The notes: a model not told the origin generated them from the sequence alone. DNA of 64,000 nt from an uncultured Myxococcales bacterium (GCA_964537055.1 CAZHYV010000008.1:52773-116772), one strand, 5' to 3'; counted from the stretch's first letter, positions 18,784-29,036 are shown. Numbers and translations are program-made.

Positions 18784-21006
18784 GTGCTTCTTGTGAAAAT
18801 GTTACTCCATCTTTTTTTGACAATGAGCTTTCTCCTGTGTGCCCTGCCGGGAAGGCTAGGGGTTGCACAAATTCAAAGTATACCTTCGTCCATATCAACC
18901 GATGAAAGCCGGAATGCATGGCTGTTTCGAAGAAGTGTGAGGCTGGCTGAAGAGCCTAAAGATGCCCAAGCGTTGGTAGCGATCGAGCTTTCTCCGGAGG
19001 TCATGGCTCATGCTCAGCCTGATGGGCGTGATTTACGGTTGATTGGATTTTCCCGAGAGGGGCATGAACCCCCTCGGGAGATTCCCTACCTTTTCCAGCC
19101 TGTAAACCGAAAAGAGACGGTGCGCTTTCGGGGAGTCTTCATCGATAGAGTGGTGATCCCCCAAAAAACAGTATATCGGTTTGATTTAGGAGCAGTCCGC
19201 TCGTTTGATACGGTCGAGTTGCATGTTCCTGAAAAAGATTTCGCAAAACGTGTATCGATTGAAGTGGGAGAAAACGCAGAGGGACCTTTTCAGTTGCTGG
19301 AAGAACATGCTGGAATTTTTGAAAAAGTAGGAATTTCGACAAAAGCGATAAAGCTCAGGCAGACGAAAATTTTCTTGCCTGTAACGTCCAAGGCGCAATT
19401 TCTACGAATCACGGCCGCGGACTCCGATAGTCCTCCTCTTAACATCAATGGTGTTGAGGTCAGCCAACAGTACCTTAGTCCTACAGGCTCTTCATGGTAC
19501 CGTGAATTGCTGCTTCCTCCACCAAAACGCACCTCAGATACGAAAGAAACTGTGTATGAACTTACACTGGAACATCCTCTTCCTATTGAGCAAATATCTC
19601 TTAAAACCTCAACGAGGAACTTTTGGCGCAGTGTTCGCCTTTTTGAAGTGCAAACTACCGAAAAGAAAGGAAAGCAAAAGCTTGTACTTGTAGGGCAAGG
19701 CATTCTTTATGATATGGATGCGAACCACCTTCCCAATCAAACCATTGTGGAGGGGCCGTTGGCGGAAGCAGCCCAGAAACCAACCGAGCCTGTTATTGTA
19801 TATAATAATTTTTTTCGTCTTACCCACGTTCCTCAAGGAACGAAGCTTGTTCTTAAAATTGAAAATGCAGACAATCCTCCGCTCCAAGATCTTCATTTGA
19901 TGGTTGCGGGGGATAGTCCTAAAATGGTGTTCCCTGTGCCGCTTGGGCAAAGAGAATGGGTGTTGTACTACGGGAATCCGAATACAAAGGCACCTTCGTA
20001 TTCGCTGTCCTTGCTCGCCCAAAGGCTAGAGCAGGAAAACCCCTCTTTAGGCGTAATACAAGGCCCTGAAGAGAAAAACCCCAAGTTTCAAAAAGAATCT
20101 TCAATTCTTCCCTTCGAACCTCAAGAAAAAGAGCTGGATGTAAGTCTGTTTGAGATGATGCAACCTATCGCGATTCCTCCTAAGGATGATTTATATAGAT
20201 TCATACTGCCTCCAGAGGATTTAGCCTGGTTGCGTTCAGATTACTCCAATTTGCAGATTGTGAATCAAAGAAATCAACCTGTTCCTTTTTTTGTTGATGC
20301 TGGAATGGATGAGAGCGTGGTAGACTTCCAGGTGACTCCTCTATTTGTGAAGGATAACTCTTTGATCAGTCGATACCGACTTCAGGTTCTTCTTTACGGA
20401 AAATCGTTCTCTTTGCCGATAGAATCTTTGGAGATAGAAGTAGGGACGCCCTTCTTTTCACGAACCATTCGCGTTTTAAAACCAGGTTTGTCCGACAAAG
20501 ACGATTCTGGAATGTTGCTCACTATGGGGCAAATGCAGCATCAAGGACCAGAATCTAGCTCTCATCGAATCATGCTTCCTCGATTTATTGAGAAGTATGA
20601 TGAGATGATTCTGGAAGTAGACAATCAAGGCCAAGCGCCTCTCTCAATCAAGAAGATCCAAGGAAAAGTCCGTGTTCCTAGAATTTATACAAAGCTGAAA
20701 GCCCAAGGGACGTACCGCCTTCTTTTCGGGGGTTCTCAAGCTGGGGGAACTCAAGCAGTACAGACTACCTTTGAGGTAAAACAGCTGGAAAAAGAGGTGA
20801 TTAGTTATGGTGCAGATCCCTTGGAGTTGGGGCTCCTGCAGGTCAATCCCGCTTATCGAAATGACGATATGCGAGAGAAGTTTTCGTTTTTAAACAAAAA
20901 ATGGGGTTTCTTCCTGATAGGAGGCGCCAGCCTTATTTTCATTTTTGTTCTCATTGGGTGGGTGATACGTAGAGGAAAAGCTCAAAGGGAAGAAATTGAC
21001 CTCTAA
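18784..21006 (+). CDS. Large secreted protein, C-terminally membrane-anchored, with three internal repeats of a PPL-containing domain
   Basis: Signal peptide LLHLFLTMSFLLCALPG. C-terminal TM WGFFLIGGASLIFIFVLIGWVIRRGK. Repeated elements SDSPPLNINGVEV, ADNPPLQDLHLMV and QGQAPLSIKKIQGKV. Confidence 0.55.
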   Translation: MLLVKMLLHLFLTMSFLLCALPGRLGVAQIQSIPSSISTDESRNAWLFRRSVRLAEEPKDAQALVAIELSPEVMAHAQPDGRDLRLIGFSREGHEPPREIPYLFQPVNRKETVRFRGVFIDRVVIPQKTVYRFDLGAVRSFDTVELHVPEKDFAKRVSIEVGENAEGPFQLLEEHAGIFEKVGISTKAIKLRQTKIFLPVTSKAQFLRITAADSDSPPLNINGVEVSQQYLSPTGSSWYRELLLPPPKRTSDTKETVYELTLEHPLPIEQISLKTSTRNFWRSVRLFEVQTTEKKGKQKLVLVGQGILYDMDANHLPNQTIVEGPLAEAAQKPTEPVIVYNNFFRLTHVPQGTKLVLKIENADNPPLQDLHLMVAGDSPKMVFPVPLGQREWVLYYGNPNTKAPSYSLSLLAQRLEQENPSLGVIQGPEEKNPKFQKESSILPFEPQEKELDVSLFEMMQPIAIPPKDDLYRFILPPEDLAWLRSDYSNLQIVNQRNQPVPFFVDAGMDESVVDFQVTPLFVKDNSLISRYRLQVLLYGKSFSLPIESLEIEVGTPFFSRTIRVLKPGLSDKDDSGMLLTMGQMQHQGPESSSHRIMLPRFIEKYDEMILEVDNQGQAPLSIKKIQGKVRVPRIYTKLKAQGTYRLLFGGSQAGGTQAVQTTFEVKQLEKEVISYGADPLELGLLQVNPAYRNDDMREKFSFLNKKWGFFLIGGASLIFIFVLIGWVIRRGKAQREEIDL

Positions 21007-21039
21007 TGGAATTCAATCTTCAAGATGTAGAGGAGGGTT

Positions 21040-21285
21040 ATGGGTGTTCTGTACTCAAAAGTAAGGAGAAAACTAAAAGAGTTTATTTATTTAAAAGGAA
21101 TTGGGAGCATTTTTGATCTCGGTGGGGCCTCATGGATAGACCTTTTTCTTGTTCCAAAGAGCAGTAGGAAACATGAAGAAGATGCTCTTTCGGAGGATTA
21201 TAAAAAGCTTACACAGGATCTATCTAGTAGTTTACATCGTACTATCTCTTTCCTAGACACAACCCTCTCTAAGGAGACCCTATGA
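21040..21285 (+). CDS. Small hypothetical protein
   Basis: 81-aa ORF on the same strand between two genes. Its stop overlaps the downstream start as ATGA. No recognisable domain. Confidence 0.3.
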   Translation: MGVLYSKVRRKLKEFIYLKGIGSIFDLGGASWIDLFLVPKSSRKHEEDALSEDYKKLTQDLSSSLHRTISFLDTTLSKETL

Positions 21286-21818
21286 ATCCCAATGCAGGAG
21301 ATTCCTCTCTTTCTAGTCCATTCTCAGAGGATAGTTCTCAGAAGAATCGATCGATGCATGTCTTATCATTGCTTCGGGAAAGCTTGACGACACAAACGGG
21401 ACCCTCTGGCTTATGGCCCTCGTCGATAACCTTAGCTGAGTATGAAAAGCTAAGCCCAGGGATTGCAAAGATTATCCTAGATACAATCATCAGAAACTTT
21501 TCTGAAGAGGCGAACCAAAGGCGGGAGAACGAACGAATCTTTGTCAATGCGCTAACTAAAGCGATCGGGAGAGGGCAGTACTATGCATTAGCCAGTGTTC
21601 TTATTACGACCCTCTTAGGGGCATACCTAGCCTGGCTTCGATATCCCTGGGCCTCTTCTGTGATCGTAGGCCTTGATTTAGCGCTTTTGGTGGGAGCATT
21701 CGTCCGCAGCTCGGTGCGAACGCTCCCACAGTCAAGGGAGCCAGCTGAAGGATCTGAACTACCTTCAAAACCCGAAGGAGAGGTTCCGAGGACTTCGTCC
21801 GATGGTCAGTCTGGCTAA
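21282..21818 (+). CDS. DUF2335-like membrane protein
   Basis: LAEYEKLSPGIAKIILDTII...EEANQRRENERIF...RGQYYALASVLITTLLGAYLAW then a second TM. This matches my recollection of the DUF2335 layout; that recollection is not checked. Confidence 0.4.
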   Translation: MNPNAGDSSLSSPFSEDSSQKNRSMHVLSLLRESLTTQTGPSGLWPSSITLAEYEKLSPGIAKIILDTIIRNFSEEANQRRENERIFVNALTKAIGRGQYYALASVLITTLLGAYLAWLRYPWASSVIVGLDLALLVGAFVRSSVRTLPQSREPAEGSELPSKPEGEVPRTSSDGQSG

Positions 21819-21847
21819 GAGAAGAATCACGGAAGGATTCGCCTTAA

Positions 21848-23146
21848 TTAGGGGAGCATTCGCCTTCGTGGGTGTGGAGCGTCATCCACATCAATTCGAG
21901 ACTGGGGTAGTTCCTCCGTCTGTACAGAAATCTTTACGGGAGTCTTCTTCCATTTCCGTAAAATCTCAAGGTGGAGCACATCTCCGACTTTGTGGCTTGC
22001 AATCATTCGTGGCACTTCTGCGTGGTTTGTGATTGGTTTCCCATCGATGGATAACAGAATGTCCCCGGGTAAAATTCCGGCTTTCTCTGCAGGACTATCG
22101 GGACTTACATCAACAATGGTAGTTCCCTTTCCGTGAATTCCCAGAAGATTTTCTAAAATATCCTGATCCTTCTCTGTAAGCATTTGGATGCTAATACCAA
22201 TATACGCTCGTACGACTTTTCCCGTAGCAATAAGTTCAGTAATGCTTGGTTTTATGAGGTTGGAGGGGATAGCGAATCCAACCCCCACATTTCCGCCTGC
22301 GGTCCCATAGGGACTATAAATAAGGGTATTAATTCCAATTACCTCGCCATCAAGGTTAATGAGAGGGCCACCAGAGTTTCCTGAATTGATCGAAGCGTCT
22401 GTTTGGATGATGCCATGGCCATCAGCAATACCTCTTAGGGTTCGGCTGGTGGCACTTACCACTCCGACTGTTACTGTATGGTCAAGACCCAAGTTATTGC
22501 CAATGGCCATAACCCATTCTCCTGTTTCTAGTCTGCTAGAATCTCCAAGTTTGGCTGCTTTCAGCTGGTATCCCCTTGGACGTTCTACCTTAATGACTGC
22601 GACGTCTAGCCTAGGGTCAGCACCCACAATCTTGGCACGCACAGTTTTCCCATCAACGAAGGTAACCTCAATGAGATCGGCATCTTGGATCACATGCCGG
22701 TTTGTAACGATATAGCCCCTTTCATCGATCACAAAACCTGATCCTGCCGCCTGAAATTGGGTGTCTTGGTTTATGTCCTCATCACCATATCCAAAAAGGA
22801 ATGGTAGGCCCCGGAGGGCATTCCTTTGAGAAGGGGCCAGCTTCTTCCTTCCTTCTACTTGGATGCTGACAACAGAGGGACTTATCTGGCTTGCAGCTTG
22901 GGTGAAGGTACGAGAAAGATTTCGGGCAAAATCAAGCTGCTCCTTCGAAGGAGGAGGTAATTGGGGAATAGGGCCTTCTGGGTTTGTTGGAGGAGGCTCT
23001 GGCTTAGCAGGCTTTGGCTCATGAAGATTGTTCGTTTGAACTGAGGGTGGCTGGTTCGCTTGGGTTCGTCCACATGAAGTCATAAGAACAAGGATGAAAA
23101 CGACAATCATGGATGAAAAAGATTGGTATCTTAGAAAACGGAACAT
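21848..23146 (-). CDS. htrA: Periplasmic serine endoprotease HtrA/DegP (trypsin-like domain plus PDZ domain)
   Basis: Active-site GNSGGPLINLDGEVIGIN; signal peptide; C-terminal PDZ-like region; RBS GAAGGAG. Confidence 0.9.
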   Translation of the reverse strand: MFRFLRYQSFSSMIVVFILVLMTSCGRTQANQPPSVQTNNLHEPKPAKPEPPPTNPEGPIPQLPPPSKEQLDFARNLSRTFTQAASQISPSVVSIQVEGRKKLAPSQRNALRGLPFLFGYGDEDINQDTQFQAAGSGFVIDERGYIVTNRHVIQDADLIEVTFVDGKTVRAKIVGADPRLDVAVIKVERPRGYQLKAAKLGDSSRLETGEWVMAIGNNLGLDHTVTVGVVSATSRTLRGIADGHGIIQTDASINSGNSGGPLINLDGEVIGINTLIYSPYGTAGGNVGVGFAIPSNLIKPSITELIATGKVVRAYIGISIQMLTEKDQDILENLLGIHGKGTTIVDVSPDSPAEKAGILPGDILLSIDGKPITNHAEVPRMIASHKVGDVLHLEILRKWKKTPVKISVQTEELPQSRIDVDDAPHPRRRMLP

Positions 23147-23353
23147 ACAAATTCTCCTTCACAGCAAATATAAGTTGTTTCCACAGCAAATCTTAGCTTG
23201 TCACAAGCAATCATCTATCTCTTTAAGAGCTGTTCTATTACAAAGTAATTCTCTCCTAAAGCCTTAACCAGGATTTTACTGTAACTTGTGCAAATTTTTC
23301 AACTGAGTGATGGGACAGTCTCTAAAGCCGTGGAATGTTGAGAGGGCAAGAGG

Positions 23354-23776
23354 CTATCTCTTTTCACATCTAGAGCCTGGAGTTAGCCCTTCACGACCTA
23401 CTTCTTGTCCATCTTGATAATGTAAGATACAGGGAATTGAGTAGACTCCTACATCTTCGGAGCGCAGTAGATCTCTGGGATTATCCAGATTAATCTCTAC
23501 CACCTGCGCCCCTCGAGCCTTTGATTTTTCTTTTATTCTTGGTCCAAATTCTTTACAAGGCTCGCACCAGGGTGCCCAGAAATATGCATCGACAGGCTGC
23601 TTGGTTGAAGCCAGGACCACATCTGTTTGGAATGTCTCCATCGTTCCTTGAACAATCGATGGGATAGGAGGCACTCCGTTCGAAGGTCCTTCAGGTTTTA
23701 CAGCAGTTTGGTTGCAAGAAGAAATGATGACGGAAGAAAGCACCAAGAATTGGACCGAAGTAAAAAGTTTTTGCAT
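23354..23776 (-). CDS. Thioredoxin-fold lipoprotein, periplasmic thiol-disulfide oxidoreductase
   Basis: Lipobox VIISSC; WAPWCEPCK, a CxxC motif. Confidence 0.8.
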   Translation of the reverse strand: MQKLFTSVQFLVLSSVIISSCNQTAVKPEGPSNGVPPIPSIVQGTMETFQTDVVLASTKQPVDAYFWAPWCEPCKEFGPRIKEKSKARGAQVVEINLDNPRDLLRSEDVGVYSIPCILHYQDGQEVGREGLTPGSRCEKR

Positions 23777-23938
23777 ACCTAGTGAAGCCTTTCCTAAGAA
23801 TGGTTAACTTCAAGACAATAGCTACGTTGTTAAGAACAACTACGATAAACAAACTCCATTTAGCATAAAAATTGATTCTATTGGAGTCTATAAATTTATA
23901 GCTTCCCCTCCATTCCCTATGTATTCTATTCCTCACGT

Positions 23939-24616
23939 ATGCCTTTCCAATTGGGCCCAGATTTATTTTTTCCTCCTCCTGACCGGGCAGATAAGCATGG
24001 TCTGTTAGCTTCTGGAGGAGATTTGTCTGCCGAGAGGCTACTGCTTGCGTACAGCAGCGGAATTTTCCCTTGGTATGAGCAAGGCTCTCCTATCCTTTGG
24101 TGGTGTCCAAATATACGGGCTGTCGTAAAGCCTCACGAGGTTCATATTAGCCGGAGTTTAGGAAAGTTTCTGAAAAAAAGTCGGTTCTCGGTGCGTTACG
24201 ATTCTCAGTTTGATCGTGTCATCCAAATGTGTGCGAGTGTGCCAAGAGCGGAGCAACACGGAACCTGGATCCTAAAGGAGATGCAAAAGGCTTACCAAAT
24301 CCTTCATCGTATGGGCTATGCACATTCGGTGGAAGTGTATCAAGAACAATCACTTGTTGGAGGGCTCTACGGGGTTTCTTTGGGGGGCGTGTTTTGCGGC
24401 GAATCCATGTTTTCCTGTGTGCCTAATGCATCCAAGGTAGCGTTTGTGCACCTAGCCCGCACCTTGGCTGAATGGGGCTTTGATCTGATCGATTGCCAAC
24501 TAATGAATGACTACCTAAAAACGTTAGGTGCATACGAGTGTTCACGAGAAGATTTTTTGAATATGCTTTCTCGTTCGTTACAAAAATCCACAAAAATAGG
24601 CCCTTGGATTGTCTAA
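23939..24616 (+). CDS. aat: Leucyl/phenylalanyl-tRNA-protein transferase
   Basis: GIFPWYEQGSPILWWCP and the rest of the L/F-transferase signature; 225 aa. Confidence 0.85.
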   Translation: MPFQLGPDLFFPPPDRADKHGLLASGGDLSAERLLLAYSSGIFPWYEQGSPILWWCPNIRAVVKPHEVHISRSLGKFLKKSRFSVRYDSQFDRVIQMCASVPRAEQHGTWILKEMQKAYQILHRMGYAHSVEVYQEQSLVGGLYGVSLGGVFCGESMFSCVPNASKVAFVHLARTLAEWGFDLIDCQLMNDYLKTLGAYECSREDFLNMLSRSLQKSTKIGPWIV

Positions 24617-24626
24617 GATTTTGTAG

Positions 24627-25235
24627 ATGAACGTTTCAATGACCCTTGTTCCTGTGCGATTTTGTAGTATATTGGTTCACATGAGATCGATTTTTATTAA
24701 ATTAAGTTTGCTGACAGCATATATATCCGGGTCTTTGTATTTATCTGCCTGCGGTGAGGCAGCACTTGAGGTGGCCGCTAATAGTGCCCGAGCTGAAGAA
24801 GGGATTGCAGCAATGGCTTTACGAACAGAACAAGCCACAGGTATAGGTGTTTTGGAAGCGGAGGCTATCTCGCCTGCGACTCATAGGGGTGGTTCTGCCC
24901 TTTCTTGGGGGGGCGAATTAGGTGCTGAACGAGTGAATCAAACATTGCTAGAGCAAGCTGCGAGGTTACAGCGGCTGGAGACGGCACTTACCACAGAGCG
25001 TGCTAGAAGGCCCTTTATAGCAGCAGGGGCAGCTGCCGTAGGAGGCATCGTCGTTGGTGACGTTGTCTATTGGGTTGATCAGCAGAAACCAATGAGCGAA
25101 TCAGAAAAATGCCTTACTTCTATTGAAAAATTCCGGCAGGCAAAAGATCGGTTAGATGCGTCCTCTCCTCTATTTGAAGAAAGCCTAAGATATGTAAATA
25201 GCTTGGGAGACAAAGCGCAGGTAGATTGCCGATAA
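24627..25235 (+). CDS. Hypothetical membrane protein or lipoprotein
   Basis: The probable start is the internal ATG at about 24681 (MRSIFIKLSLLTAYISGSLYLSAC). One TM segment, AAGAAAVGGIVVGDVVYWV. No recognisable domain. Confidence 0.4.
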   Translation: MNVSMTLVPVRFCSILVHMRSIFIKLSLLTAYISGSLYLSACGEAALEVAANSARAEEGIAAMALRTEQATGIGVLEAEAISPATHRGGSALSWGGELGAERVNQTLLEQAARLQRLETALTTERARRPFIAAGAAAVGGIVVGDVVYWVDQQKPMSESEKCLTSIEKFRQAKDRLDASSPLFEESLRYVNSLGDKAQVDCR

Positions 25236-25418
25236 TTTTTATTGAAAAGAAACTACACTTTGTATCTTTATAAAACTGTAGTATAGTTCCTCGTTAACTG
25301 ATTTGAAAGATAAACACGGCTTCAATAAAGCTGTTGGCTGTCGGCAAAGCATGCTTAGAAACACTTTTTCTTTTAAAAATCGTTTCTATAGCTATGTAGG
25401 CAGTTATAAAAAGGAGTC

Positions 25419-25808
25419 ATGATGAACGCAGTAGAAACTTTAACTCCAGGTACCGAGAACTCTGTCCCTCAGATGGAGTCGGCCCCTATCAAATTAACCC
25501 CTATCGCTGCAGAGAAAATTCAGGAAATTCGCACCTCGGAAAATATTGAGGACACGTTTGGCCTACGACTTCGTGTGGTGGGCGGGGGATGTTCAGGATT
25601 TTCTTACGATCTTTACTTTGATGAAATGACTGCGATGGACAAATCGTACATGTCGATGGACGTAAAGTTGATCGTCGACCAGATGAGTTTACAGTACCTT
25701 CGAGGCACGGAAATCGACTATGTCGAGGGTTTGCAGGGAGCTGGGTTTAAATTCAATAATCCCAATGTAAAATCCACCTGTGGTTGTGGTTCTTCGTTTA
25801 GTGCGTAA
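25419..25808 (+). CDS. Fe-S cluster insertion protein of the HesB/IscA/ErpA family
   Basis: C-terminal CGCGSSF and an internal GGGCSGFSY. Confidence 0.85.
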   Translation: MMNAVETLTPGTENSVPQMESAPIKLTPIAAEKIQEIRTSENIEDTFGLRLRVVGGGCSGFSYDLYFDEMTAMDKSYMSMDVKLIVDQMSLQYLRGTEIDYVEGLQGAGFKFNNPNVKSTCGCGSSFSA

Positions 25809-26421
25809 ACTCGTCCCACAAAGTTTGTACCTGCCTTTCTGTTTCTTCTAAACTCCCACGATTATCGATCACCCAGGTCGCACAGGACAGCCGTTCTTCT
25901 CTAGAGGCCTGCGCTGAGATTCGTGCTTTCGCCTGTTCTAAGGTAAGACCACGATCGACCGCTCGTTTCAGCTGAAGCTCGACAGGAATATCGACCACGA
26001 TCAACCCTTCAACGTCTTTATAGCCTCCGGTTTCGACGAGGAGAGCGGCTTCGTAAAGAATGACGTTGGCTCCTTGTGCATGGTACTTTTGGATCTGCTG
26101 ATAGGTCTGTAAGCGGATTTCTGGATGGGTAATCTCATTTAATTTTTTTCGGAGAATGGGATCCTTAAAGACAAGGTCGGCCAAGCGTTCTCGAGAGATG
26201 GGCGGCATGGCACAATGGGGCAATGTCGTAAGGATGTCTGGGCCAAAAGCTTCAACGACCTTCTGGTAGGCAGCCTGTCCTGGCTCTAAAATTTGCCTTG
26301 CAATCAGATCGGCATCGATAACGTAAGCCCCCCGTTTTTGGAAAAGAGAGGCCACCGTACTTTTTCCACTGGCCAGACCTCCTGTAAGTCCAAGCACCTT
26401 CATAAATGAACAATACCTCAA
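25798..26421 (-). CDS. coaE: Dephospho-CoA kinase
   Basis: P-loop GLTGGLASGKSTV; 207 aa. Confidence 0.9.
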   Translation of the reverse strand: MRYCSFMKVLGLTGGLASGKSTVASLFQKRGAYVIDADLIARQILEPGQAAYQKVVEAFGPDILTTLPHCAMPPISRERLADLVFKDPILRKKLNEITHPEIRLQTYQQIQKYHAQGANVILYEAALLVETGGYKDVEGLIVVDIPVELQLKRAVDRGLTLEQAKARISAQASREERLSCATWVIDNRGSLEETERQVQTLWDEFTH

Positions 26422-26466
26422 GAAAGACGCTTCTCAAATTCTTCTCCTTCCTGATATAATCAAAAA

Positions 26467-27465
26467 ATGCCTTTTTCTAAAGAGCTTACTTTAAAGCTTG
26501 CTTCGAAGGAGCTTACCACGAAAGAGCCTACCGCGCTGATTGTAAACCCAAGCGCACGAGGGAATTGGGTACGTCGCCATTGGCCACAGATTGAGCCGAT
26601 GGTTCGTAAAATTCTTAATCCTTACTGGATCCTCTTTACACGCGAGCCTGGTGATGGAAAGGTGAGGACCCAAGAAGCCTTGGCACATGGGGCCCGATTC
26701 GTTGTTGCCTTCGGAGGGGACGGAACCGCTTCAGAGGTTGCCTCAGCCCTCATCCAATTTTCCAACACTCTTTCCACGGAAGGGCAGCAACGACCGCCCA
26801 AGTTTTCGTTTTTAAGCTGTGGAACGGGAGGGGATACACGAAAAACTTTTCAAACCCCTGCTTCCCTAGAAAAGGCGATGATCGCCATCCGGGATCACAC
26901 ACCTCGATGGATAGATGCTGGAAGAATAAACTATATCGACGGGGAAAATAGAACAGCGGAAAGTTACTTTATCAACGTGGCGAGTTTCGGGGTCGGTGGC
27001 CTTGTGGATAGGTTGGTGTCGCATTCAGGAAAGCATCTAGGCGGTAAAATCACGTACCTGCTGAAAACCTTGCAGGCCACGGTTCGATACCAGAATGCTT
27101 GGGTTGGTATCAAAGTTGACGAGACTCCCCTGTACGAAGCCCAAATTTATAACCTTGCGGTTTGCAATGGACGTTTCTTCGGTGGGGGGATGCAAATTGC
27201 TCCCTTTGCTCAAGTCGATGATGGATTTTTTGATGTAGTTACCCATGGCAACCTATCCTTGTCTGAGATCTTACGGATGGCACTCCCACTTTATCGAGGG
27301 ACTCATCTTCGGCGGGCGAAGGTCTCTCTTCGACAAGCCAAGGTTGTGCATGCCATCCCGCTGCGAGGGGACGGACCCATCTGGATCGATGTCGATGGAG
27401 AAGCTTTGGGGCAGCTTCCCGCCACCTTTACTTTATTGCCCAATGCGTTGCTGGTGCAAGTCTAA
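26467..27465 (+). CDS. Diacylglycerol-kinase-family lipid kinase (YegS/BmrU-like)
   Basis: AFGGDGTASEV, the DAGK catalytic GGDGT motif. Confidence 0.8.
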   Translation: MPFSKELTLKLASKELTTKEPTALIVNPSARGNWVRRHWPQIEPMVRKILNPYWILFTREPGDGKVRTQEALAHGARFVVAFGGDGTASEVASALIQFSNTLSTEGQQRPPKFSFLSCGTGGDTRKTFQTPASLEKAMIAIRDHTPRWIDAGRINYIDGENRTAESYFINVASFGVGGLVDRLVSHSGKHLGGKITYLLKTLQATVRYQNAWVGIKVDETPLYEAQIYNLAVCNGRFFGGGMQIAPFAQVDDGFFDVVTHGNLSLSEILRMALPLYRGTHLRRAKVSLRQAKVVHAIPLRGDGPIWIDVDGEALGQLPATFTLLPNALLVQV

Positions 27466-27529
27466 AGCGATTACAGAACGGATGCATGATTTTAAGACTC
27501 GACAACAATTCGAAAAACTTAGTACATAG

Positions 27530-27946
27530 GTGAACATGAACCAGAAAGTGCAGCCTCCAAAAATTGTAGTTGCCGCTCTCATTCGAAACCAGCAAGGAGC
27601 CGTACTCTTGACCAAACGGAAGGAACACAAACCCATGGCTGGCTATTGGGAATTTCCAGGGGGAAAACTTGAGCCTCACGAGTCACCCAAGGAAGCGCTA
27701 ACGCGGGAGCTTTTGGAAGAAATTGGCGCGCACGCACGGGTTCATCAGATCTACGACGTCATCTTTTATCGTTATCCTGAGTTTGACATTCTTCTCCTTG
27801 CTTTTCATTGTACCTTGGAGAATGAGCCCAAAGCCATTGATGTAGCGGAAATTGCGTGGGTAGTGCCCACAGATTTTATCAAGTACAAAGTCCTTCCTGC
27901 AGATGGGCCCTTGCTCAAAAGATTGCAGGAGGAGTACAATCACTAA
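27530..27946 (+). CDS. NUDIX hydrolase, MutT-like
   Basis: Nudix box GGKLEPHESPKEALTRELLEEIG. Confidence 0.8.
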   Translation: MNMNQKVQPPKIVVAALIRNQQGAVLLTKRKEHKPMAGYWEFPGGKLEPHESPKEALTRELLEEIGAHARVHQIYDVIFYRYPEFDILLLAFHCTLENEPKAIDVAEIAWVVPTDFIKYKVLPADGPLLKRLQEEYNH

Positions 27947-27983
27947 AATTTCCTGACCCTTTCTAGGGTTCAGTCTCTTTGTA

Positions 27984-29036
27984 CTAACCAACTTCGCATG
28001 CAGAAAGGCGTAGCCGTAACCACGTTTCTTCAAGGTTCTGGCCGATAAACACCAGGGTGCTGCCCTTGGGGGCCTGGCTTGCTTGCTCCGGTGTGGCTGG
28101 GGTCAGATCAAGCGTTCCCATCGCCCATTGCAGGATAAAAAGGGAAGGTTCTGGAAAAGATAAGTCTGGTACGGAAGAGTTTGGGAGTTCTGCGGCAAAA
28201 ATGCTTGCGGAATGGAGCCACACAAATCCTTTTGCTCGCAGCAGATGGGGTGGGGCCATCTGCGAAAACAAATCCCGCAGTGGGGCCTCAAGCAGCGGCT
28301 CTCCTTGCCACGCAAAGGTGGCAAGCTGGCCCTGGGGATGGACATGGTGTTCTGGGCTTGTGGTGCGCTTTGTCTGCTTCCCAAAAGCCCCAGCAAAGAT
28401 TGATGCGGTATCGGTCAAGGGAGAATGTTTTGAGAATGAAGCCCGCTCCTTGGTAGCATGATGCTGGTCCAGCAGAGCATGCGCTTGTTCTATCTGGAAA
28501 GGGGTTGCAGCATCGATCTTCGTGAGCAAAACGAGGTCAGCTGCCTTAATTTGATGAACCGCTTCGTGACGAGTTTGCAGCGTTTCCTTAAGGTGGAGAA
28601 CATCTACTAAGCACAGTGTGCTTCGCAGATCGAGCTGCAATTTCCAGGGTGCTGGTAGATGCTCGTACTGCTTAAGCAGGGTTTCAATTTCTGCGATACC
28701 GCTTGTCTCAATTATCACATGAGAAGCGCCCGCTTTTTCAATCAGCGCCAGAACGGATTCCCATAGTTCAGTGCCTGTTGCGCAGCAGACGCATCCCCCT
28801 CCTAATTCAAGGATATCACCTGGTCCTAAAAGGGCCCCGTCGATGCCAATCTGCCCAAACTCATTAATAACCACGCCCAGCTTTCCTACGTTTGGCAGCT
28901 GCAAAAACCGGTTGATGAGGGTGGTCTTACCACTGCCTAAGAAACCGGTCACGAGCAGAAGGGGGATTGCCTGGGGCTTAATACGAAGAGGGGGACTGCT
29001 CAAGGTCAGTTTGCTCCTAAAAGATTGCAAAGGCAA
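27984..29036 (-). CDS. CobW/YjiA-type G3E GTPase, putative metallochaperone
   Basis: P-loop GFLGSGKTTL and GGGCVCCA, the CxCC motif. Confidence 0.85.
   Translation of the reverse strand: MPLQSFRSKLTLSSPPLRIKPQAIPLLLVTGFLGSGKTTLINRFLQLPNVGKLGVVINEFGQIGIDGALLGPGDILELGGGCVCCATGTELWESVLALIEKAGASHVIIETSGIAEIETLLKQYEHLPAPWKLQLDLRSTLCLVDVLHLKETLQTRHEAVHQIKAADLVLLTKIDAATPFQIEQAHALLDQHHATKERASFSKHSPLTDTASIFAGAFGKQTKRTTSPEHHVHPQGQLATFAWQGEPLLEAPLRDLFSQMAPPHLLRAKGFVWLHSASIFAAELPNSSVPDLSFPEPSLFILQWAMGTLDLTPATPEQASQAPKGSTLVFIGQNLEETWLRLRLSACEVG

Noticed and set aside
28057-28461. Several plus- and minus-strand ORFs of 60-134 aa inside the CobW GTPase gene
   Set aside because: They overlap a gene with clear P-loop and CxCC motifs. 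The products are Arg/Pro/Gly-rich, as expected from GC-rich antisense frames.
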